From the NCBI GenBank assembly GCA_016935775.1, contig JAFGQF010000278.1:1-48325 (forward strand): DNA of 48,325 nucleotides, in the 5' to 3' direction. The stretch comes from a candidate division WOR-3 bacterium (GTDB lineage: Bacteria; Hydrothermota; Tepidihabitantia; Tepidihabitantales; Tepidihabitantaceae). Each line of letters opens with the position of its first letter. Within the stretch, counting starts at the first letter, position 1. The notes under the pieces were generated by a model. That model had not been told where the DNA came from, made no database searches, and was given only the letters and a program-made list of their open reading frames with translations. Position numbers and translations under genes: made by a program. This document shows, one piece after another, positions 43,156 through 48,325 of this stretch.

Positions 43156-44808
43156 TCAGTGTAGCATGTAGCGAGCGCCGCGGCGGTCCGGGGCATGCTC
43201 GGACGGCGCCTGAACCCTGGACGCCAGCTTCTCGATCTTCACATTGACCGGGGCGACCGTGGTCATCCCGGAAACCTCATCAACCGCGAGCGGAAACAGC
43301 GCGCGATTCTCGTGCACGTTGGTACCGACCGTCGCCGTCCCGGCGGGAATCTGCCCGGAAACGAGAACGCCGAAATCGCGTGCCCCGACCGGGCTGGTGA
43401 CACGGACAAAGCTGTCGCCGTCAACTCCCAGCGACCCGGCATCAGTCGGGTTCAGCGCCAGCCGGTCCTCGGGCTCGTAGAAACCCCGCAGCCCGATTGC
43501 CTTCTTCTCACCCAGCAACAGGACGCCCTCGCCGCCCCGTTTCAACCCGGCCGCCTTGTGCGCCATCTCGACGACCGCAGCGGGCTTGTGCTCGACCCGG
43601 GCAGGCAGGTCCGCCTCGGCTGCGGTCCCGAGCAACTCGACAACCCGGCCGAAATCGCGACTGCCGCTCAAGGGAGGCGCCAGCGGCTCGCGGCTGGCCG
43701 GGCCCCAGTAGGTCGAGGCGGTCGCGGCCCGCTCGAGCTCCGCGGTCACCGGCAGGACCAGCCCGGGCACCGGCGGGTCGGGCACGAAGATCGAAGTCGC
43801 GACCCGGTACTCGGCCCTCGCCGCCTCCGGGAACACCTCGGCATAACTGTCGGGATACATCCCGCCGGTCCAGAACAGCAGCCGGACCTCGCCGGCCTTG
43901 AGCGCCGCGCGCAGGGCGGTGAAATCTTCGCCCCCCGGCGGCAGGGAAGTCTCCCGGAAACCGACGAACGGCTTGCCGGCGGCCTTCGCAACCAGCTGGC
44001 CAGCCAGGCTGTGCAGCAACGGGTGGAAGACGCGCCCGAAATGGGCCGCGACCCCGACGAAACCCGGGACGGCGGGCGCCAGCATCGCCGCCGCGGCTTC
44101 CAGTTGCCCGCGAGCAACCCCGGCCGCCGTCGCCAGCTTGTCCAGATCGGCCTTGATATTCTTGTCCAGCAAGGCGGCCAGGGCAACCATCGCCAGCGGC
44201 TCGGTTCCCGGCCGGACCTGGATGAATGAGTGGGCGAAACCGGACTGCCGGGTGCGGACCGAGTCGATAACCACCAGCCGGTTCTTCCGGTCGGCGTAGC
44301 GCGCGTCTAGCATCCGCCAGACCGCCACCGGGGAGGTGTTGAACACGTCGCCGACCAGCAGCATCGCCTTGGCGAACTCGACGTCGGCCAGGGTGGCGTC
44401 CTTCGTTCCCTCGAGCCGGCAGCCGAGCGCGTTCTCGGGTTCGATGTGGCCGCAGACAACGTGCTTCGTGCCAATCTCCCTGGCCAGGCCGAACAGCCGC
44501 CGGACTTCGTCTTCGCCCCGGCCTCGGCTGTACACGAGTGCAACCTGCTCCGGCCTGACCGCCGCGCGCCAGCCCCGCACCAGGTTCGCCGCCTCGTCCC
44601 AGGAAATCGCCCGGCCATCAAGCAACGGGTAGGCCAGCCGCTTCGGGTGGTCGATGACTATGCTCGCCGAGTTGCCGCGCGGGCAGAGCCGACCCCGGTT
44701 GACCTCGGCCTCGGACGGATACTCCATCCGGTACTGGTAGCCGTCAAACACCACCGCCGAGGTGCAGCCGTTGAGGCAGAACGGGCAGGTGGTCTTCCTG
44801 GTTTCCAT
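43156..44808 (-). CDS. Molybdopterin (Mo/W-bisPGD) oxidoreductase family subunit, FdhA/FdhH-like, non-canonical
   Basis: METRKTTCPFCLNGC...(26 aa)...LCPRG is the N-terminal [4Fe-4S] motif. It has a MopB-like body and a C-terminal beta-barrel-like end (FVRVTSPVGARDFGVLVSGQIPAGT). At 550 aa it is shorter than typical Fdh, and there is no in-frame TGA. Confidence 0.75.
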   Translation of the reverse strand: METRKTTCPFCLNGCTSAVVFDGYQYRMEYPSEAEVNRGRLCPRGNSASIVIDHPKRLAYPLLDGRAISWDEAANLVRGWRAAVRPEQVALVYSRGRGEDEVRRLFGLAREIGTKHVVCGHIEPENALGCRLEGTKDATLADVEFAKAMLLVGDVFNTSPVAVWRMLDARYADRKNRLVVIDSVRTRQSGFAHSFIQVRPGTEPLAMVALAALLDKNIKADLDKLATAAGVARGQLEAAAAMLAPAVPGFVGVAAHFGRVFHPLLHSLAGQLVAKAAGKPFVGFRETSLPPGGEDFTALRAALKAGEVRLLFWTGGMYPDSYAEVFPEAARAEYRVATSIFVPDPPVPGLVLPVTAELERAATASTYWGPASREPLAPPLSGSRDFGRVVELLGTAAEADLPARVEHKPAAVVEMAHKAAGLKRGGEGVLLLGEKKAIGLRGFYEPEDRLALNPTDAGSLGVDGDSFVRVTSPVGARDFGVLVSGQIPAGTATVGTNVHENRALFPLAVDEVSGMTTVAPVNVKIEKLASRVQAPSEHAPDRRGARYMLH

Positions 44809-44811
44809 CGC

Positions 44812-45627
44812 CTAGACGAACGGGTCCGGGATACCCTTGACCTGGTCCCAGGTGAGGACCGGGCCGTCCTTGCAGGTGAAGTACGGTCCCAGCTTGCAGT
44901 GGCCGCACTGGCCGAGGCCGCAGGACATGTTGGTTTCCATCGACAGGTAGATGTTCTGGCCCTGGAAACCGGCCTCGAGCAGCTTCATCGTCACGAACTT
45001 CATCATTATCGGCGGCCCGCAGACCACGGCGATGCTCTCCGCCTCGTTGCAGGGTATCTCGTCCATCAGGCAGGTGACGACGCCGACCTTCTTCATCCAC
45101 TTCTCGTCCGAGACGTCCACCGACAGGTCGATGTCGACCTTCTTCAGCTTCTCCCATTCCGGGATCAGGTACTTGTAGACGATATCGGCCGGGGTCCGCG
45201 CGCCGTAGCGGAGAAAAACCCGGCCGTACTTGTCGATCTCGTGGGTCAGAGCGAGGAAGAGCGCGCGCAGCGGGGCCAGCCCGACGCCGCCGCCGACGAT
45301 GTAGATATCCCGTCCCTCGAACTTCTCGAGCGGGTAGCGGGCACCGTACGGCCCGCGGATGCCGACCTTGTCCCCGACCTTGAAATTGAAGAGCGCGCCG
45401 GTCGCCCGGCCCACCTTCATTATCGTCATCTCGATGAGGTCGCGGTTGAAATGGGATGAACTGGGCGTGAACGGCGCCTCGCCGAACCCGGGCATCGTCA
45501 GTTCGATGAACTGCCCGGCAAGAAACGGCACCTCCTGCTCGGGTCTGAGCACGAAGGTACGGATGTTCGGGGTCTCGTCAATCGTCTTGATGATCTCGGC
45601 CGAGATGGGCTGGAAGATGTTGGTCAT
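44812..45627 (-). CDS. FAD/NAD(P)-binding oxidoreductase with a C-terminal [2Fe-2S] (AsrB / sulfhydrogenase gamma HydG / PyrK-like)
   Basis: The sequence runs MTNIFQPISAEIIKTIDETPNIRTFVL...APFTPSS...IVGGGVGLAPL...MSCGLGQCGHCKLG. The ATG lies inside ORF 44812..45933. ATGA overlap. Confidence 0.85.
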   Translation of the reverse strand: MTNIFQPISAEIIKTIDETPNIRTFVLRPEQEVPFLAGQFIELTMPGFGEAPFTPSSSHFNRDLIEMTIMKVGRATGALFNFKVGDKVGIRGPYGARYPLEKFEGRDIYIVGGGVGLAPLRALFLALTHEIDKYGRVFLRYGARTPADIVYKYLIPEWEKLKKVDIDLSVDVSDEKWMKKVGVVTCLMDEIPCNEAESIAVVCGPPIMMKFVTMKLLEAGFQGQNIYLSMETNMSCGLGQCGHCKLGPYFTCKDGPVLTWDQVKGIPDPFV

Positions 45628-46667
45628 TGCAGGACGTCCAGGACCACCTTGCGCACATCGATCTTGCCCATACAGACCGCGGTACAGCGACCGCAACCCG
45701 AGCAGGCGGGCATCCCCTGCCAGGTCTTGAAATGGCTGAACTTGCAGAAAAAACGGTTGTAGAACCGCTTGACGAACTCGGCGCGCGGGTTGGCCCCGCC
45801 GCCGACCCGGGCATAAGCCGCGATGTAGCAGGCGTCCCAGACCTTGGTCCGCTCCATCTCGCCCTGCCCCCTGGCCTTGTCGTAGAGCAAGAAGCAGTAG
45901 CAGGTCGGGCAGGCCATCAGGCAGCCGTAACACTCGACGCAGTCGGCCGCGTGCTTCGACCAGAACTCCTTGTCCTGGTTCCGTTGCCAGATCCGGTCGG
46001 CCGTGTCCGGGGCGAAGCGCTTCGGGTTCACCTCGGCCAGCCGCTTGCCGGCGGCCTCGCGGCTCGCCTGTCGCGCCGCGAGTTGGGCCTCGGTCGCCTC
46101 GACCGCTTGGGAACTCCCCAGTAATTCCTCGCCCCGCCCGGTCAGCGGCTCCAGCACCCAGCCGCCCTCGACCACCGACAGGGCGACATCGGCCTCGTCC
46201 TTCTCCTCGTCGCCGGCAAAGGGCCGGTTGCCGACGAGGTTGCAGAAACAGGTGTCGGCCGGGCTCGGGCAGTCGGCGACGACAACGCAGGTCGCTGCGC
46301 GGCGCCGGGCGTAGGCTTCATCCTTGAAATCGCCCTCGACGAACATCTTGCGGTTCACGCGCAGGGCGACCGCGTCGCAGGCTGAAGCCCCGAACAAAAC
46401 CCGTTTCTCGGGCTCGGGCGAGACGAACTTGTCCGGGAAGGTGGCGACCTTCTCGCGCGGGTTGAAGAAGAAACTCTTGACCGGCTCCGACGCCCGGATG
46501 CGCTCGAGTCCCCACTCCGGTGCGTCGGCTGCGCCCAACATCCCGGGGTCGAGCCGCTGCCAGTGGACCTGGTCCTTGATTATCGCCGGGAAAAACACCA
46601 CCCGGTCCGCGACAAGAACCGACAGCCAGGCCTTCTGCTTCTCTGTCGGGAGAAACCGGGGCTTCAC
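45624..46667 (-). CDS. 4Fe-4S protein of the AsrA / sulfhydrogenase beta (HydB) type
   Basis: 347 aa from GTG 46667. CVECYGCLMACPTCYCF and CSGCGRCTAVCMGKID are present. The upstream part of the 514-aa ORF is Arg/Gly/Asp-rich junk and contains the promoter. Confidence 0.8.
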   Translation of the reverse strand: MKPRFLPTEKQKAWLSVLVADRVVFFPAIIKDQVHWQRLDPGMLGAADAPEWGLERIRASEPVKSFFFNPREKVATFPDKFVSPEPEKRVLFGASACDAVALRVNRKMFVEGDFKDEAYARRRAATCVVVADCPSPADTCFCNLVGNRPFAGDEEKDEADVALSVVEGGWVLEPLTGRGEELLGSSQAVEATEAQLAARQASREAAGKRLAEVNPKRFAPDTADRIWQRNQDKEFWSKHAADCVECYGCLMACPTCYCFLLYDKARGQGEMERTKVWDACYIAAYARVGGGANPRAEFVKRFYNRFFCKFSHFKTWQGMPACSGCGRCTAVCMGKIDVRKVVLDVLQ

Positions 46668-46677
46668 GTGGACGCCA

Positions 46678-46705
46678 AAAATACAGATTTTGACCTGGAT
46701 GTCAA
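46678..46705 (-). promoter_or_regulatory. Promoter of the near-leaderless type for the 18-gene hydrogenase operon
   Basis: On the minus strand: TTGACA (46705-46700), 16 nt, TATTTT (46683-46678), 10 nt, GTG (46667). Confidence 0.5.
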
Positions 46706-46744
46706 GCCGAACATCGCCCGCGCGTTGACGAGCCGACGCGCGGC

Positions 46745-46772
46745 TTGACCGGGTCTCCGCCGACAGCAGAAT
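46745..46772 (+). promoter_or_regulatory. Promoter of the leaderless type for the DUF1893 gene
   Basis: TTGACC (46745-46750), 16 nt, CAGAAT (46767-46772), 6 nt, ATG (46779). Confidence 0.4.
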
Positions 46773-46778
46773 AGTCCA

Positions 46779-47243
46779 ATGCAGCAACCGCACGGCCGGC
46801 CCCTGTCCCCCGCCGACACGGCGCTGCTCGACCGCCTTGAAGCCGAAGGGCTGACGGCCCTGGTGGTCAGCAAGAACAGCGAGCTGCATCGTTCCTCGGC
46901 GCCCGGCGTGGCCCCGCTGCTCGAACTGCTGGAGCGATTCCCGCAGGGACTCGCCGGCGCGACGGTCGCCGACCGCGTGGTCGGGACCTGCGCCGCCCGG
47001 GTATTCATCCACCTGCGTGTCAACCGGGTGCTGGCGCTTGTCGGTTCGGTCGGCGCGCGGGCCATCCTCGACGCCGCCGGTGTCGAGTTCCACGCCCGGC
47101 GCGGAGTCCTCGAGATCCGCAACCGCGCCGGCACCGACGCCTGCCCGTTCGAACAGCTCGCCCGGCACCTGCGCCGGCCCGCAGAACTCATTCCCGCGAT
47201 GCGCCGGCGGCTGGCCGAGCTCAGGTCAGGTGCAACCCGATGA
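46779..47243 (+). CDS. DUF1893 (TM1506-like) domain protein
   Basis: 154 aa. ...GVAPLLELLERFPQGLAGATVADRVVGTCAARVFIHLRVNRVLALVGSVGARAILDAAGVEFHARRGVLEIRNRAGTDACPFEQL matches the DUF1893 pattern as I recall it. Confidence 0.6.
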   Translation: MQQPHGRPLSPADTALLDRLEAEGLTALVVSKNSELHRSSAPGVAPLLELLERFPQGLAGATVADRVVGTCAARVFIHLRVNRVLALVGSVGARAILDAAGVEFHARRGVLEIRNRAGTDACPFEQLARHLRRPAELIPAMRRRLAELRSGATR

Positions 47244-48325
47244 CCAGGCACCTGCTGGTCGTGCTGCTGCTCGCGACCGCCGCCCCGGCGCTCGAAGGCG
47301 GTCGCTACCTCATCATCTGCGACGACGACTTCTCGCCGGCGCTGGCCCCGCTGGCCGAATGGAAAACCCGCAAGGGCGCGGCCGCGCGGGTCGTACCGCT
47401 CTCCGAGGCGGGCGCGACCCCGGCCGCAGTCCAAGACTACATCCGCGACGCCTGGGCGAACTGGCCGGTCCGCCCCGAATTCGTTCTGCTCGCCTGCTCG
47501 CCCGCGCGCCTGCCCGGCGACGGCTTCGAGGACGACTGCTTCTACGGCGACATTGCCGGCGACTACCGGATGGAAATCCCGGTCGGCCGCTTTCCTGCGG
47601 CCACGGCCCGCGAATGCAGCACGATGGTCAACCGTACGCTCCGCTACGAACTCGCGCCCGACTCGGCCGACACGCTCTGGCTCACCCGGGCGACAACCGT
47701 GGTCTGCGAGGAGACCCCGCCCGACTCATACTACCAGGCCGACTCTCGTCTCGCCCGGTCCTACTGGCAACAGCACGGCTACACCCTGACCGAGAGCCTG
47801 GCGAACTTCCGCGGCCACACCGCCTACCACGTCACCGCCGCGCTCAACCAGGGCCGCTCGGTCATCACCTACCGCGGGCTGGCCGGCGGGTTCTGGACCG
47901 ACCCGTTCTGGCAGTTCCACCCGTACGGCTACCCGTGGATCAACGGCAGCCGCACGCCGGTGTTCGTGTCGGCCACCTGCGCCACGGTCACGGTCGCGCC
48001 CGGCGAGGAGATGCTCGGCAACCTGGCCCTGCGCCGGGGCGCGCCTGACAGCCTGCACGGCGCGCTCGCCTTCTTCGGCACGACCCGGCTGTCAAACAAC
48101 TGCTCGCGCCAGCGCTCAACCTGCTACCGGGGCTTCTTCGACGCGGTCTATCGTGACTCGGTGCTCAATCTCGGCGCGGCCACGGTCCGGGCCCGCAACC
48201 GGGTGGACTCGCTGTTCCACGAGGAGTTCTGGTACACCGAGTGGTGCCTGCTCGGCGACCCGGAGCTGAATCTCTGGACCGCCCGGCCGCGTGACATCGA
48301 AGTCGAACACGACACGCTCATCCTG
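47240..48325 (+). CDS. Peptidase C25 (gingipain)-family protein, N-terminal 362 codons (continues past the right edge)
   Basis: My own translation from ATG 47240 (ATGA overlap with the upstream stop) gives MTRHLLVVLLLATAAPALEGGRYLIICDDDFSPALAPLAEWKTRKGAAARVVPLSEAGATPAAVQDYIRDAWANWPVRPEFVLLACSP...FYGDIAGDYRMEIPVGRF...VITYRGLAGGFW...PVFVSATCATV.... It is not in the ORF track because it is open-ended. ORF 47017..48048 is a different frame. Confidence 0.75.
   Translation, partial: MTRHLLVVLLLATAAPALEGGRYLIICDDDFSPALAPLAEWKTRKGAAARVVPLSEAGATPAAVQDYIRDAWANWPVRPEFVLLACSPARLPGDGFEDDCFYGDIAGDYRMEIPVGRFPAATARECSTMVNRTLRYELAPDSADTLWLTRATTVVCEETPPDSYYQADSRLARSYWQQHGYTLTESLANFRGHTAYHVTAALNQGRSVITYRGLAGGFWTDPFWQFHPYGYPWINGSRTPVFVSATCATVTVAPGEEMLGNLALRRGAPDSLHGALAFFGTTRLSNNCSRQRSTCYRGFFDAVYRDSVLNLGAATVRARNRVDSLFHEEFWYTEWCLLGDPELNLWTARPRDIEVEHDTLIL

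Noticed and set aside
39488-45459. Plus-strand ORFs 39488..41302, 41803..42705, 43195..44229 and 44446..45459 opposite the hydrogenase operon
   Set aside because: They are antisense to genes with unambiguous Nuo/Fdh/AsrB signatures. The translations are low-complexity and R/P/G/D-rich.
47017-48048. 343-aa plus-strand ORF in the track
   Set aside because: It is out of frame with the clear C25-family reading frame that starts at 47240. The translation is Arg/Pro/Gly-rich junk.

Overview
High-GC (~65-70%) bacterial chromosomal window with dense coding on both strands. All calls come from reading translations and motifs; no database search was run. The taxon is inferred as an uncultivated FCB-superphylum-like diderm, because it has T9SS C-terminal sorting domains, TamA/TamB and Rnf. 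Left to right: partial etfB; an intergenic zone rich in 89-bp-period repeats around a small lipoprotein cassette; a decayed/non-coding stretch; a lipoprotein; two co-transcribed T9SS-type secreted proteins (HExxH metalloprotease, BNR/Asp-box protein); a CDF transporter; a TPR protein; a tamA-tamB-priA operon in which PriA has degenerate helicase motifs; an ATL (PWHRV) gene next to a true Ogt (PCHR); msrA; tRNA-Val(GAC); a tightly overlapped operon (COG1579 zinc-ribbon protein, RNase HI, PatA/LpxL-type acyltransferase, dut, two PimA-like GT4 glycosyltransferases); rsmA-tatD-metG; rnfCDGEAB with a polyferredoxin RnfB. The most striking feature is an 18-gene, ~14.9-kb minus-strand operon. It combines a group-4 [NiFe]-hydrogenase core (NuoB/C/D/H/I-like, Ni-Fe cysteines intact), a complete Mrp antiporter set with three L/M/N-type pump subunits, an FdhA-like Mo/W-bisPGD subunit, a HycB-like ferredoxin and an AsrAB/HydBG-like NAD(P)H module. 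The window ends with DUF1893 and a partial peptidase C25 homolog. A genome-style signal recurs at eight first-in-operon genes: TTGACx-16 nt-TAnnnT promoters ending only 5-10 nt before the start codon, which suggests leaderless mRNAs. Many long ORFs in the six-frame track are antisense or off-frame high-GC artefacts.
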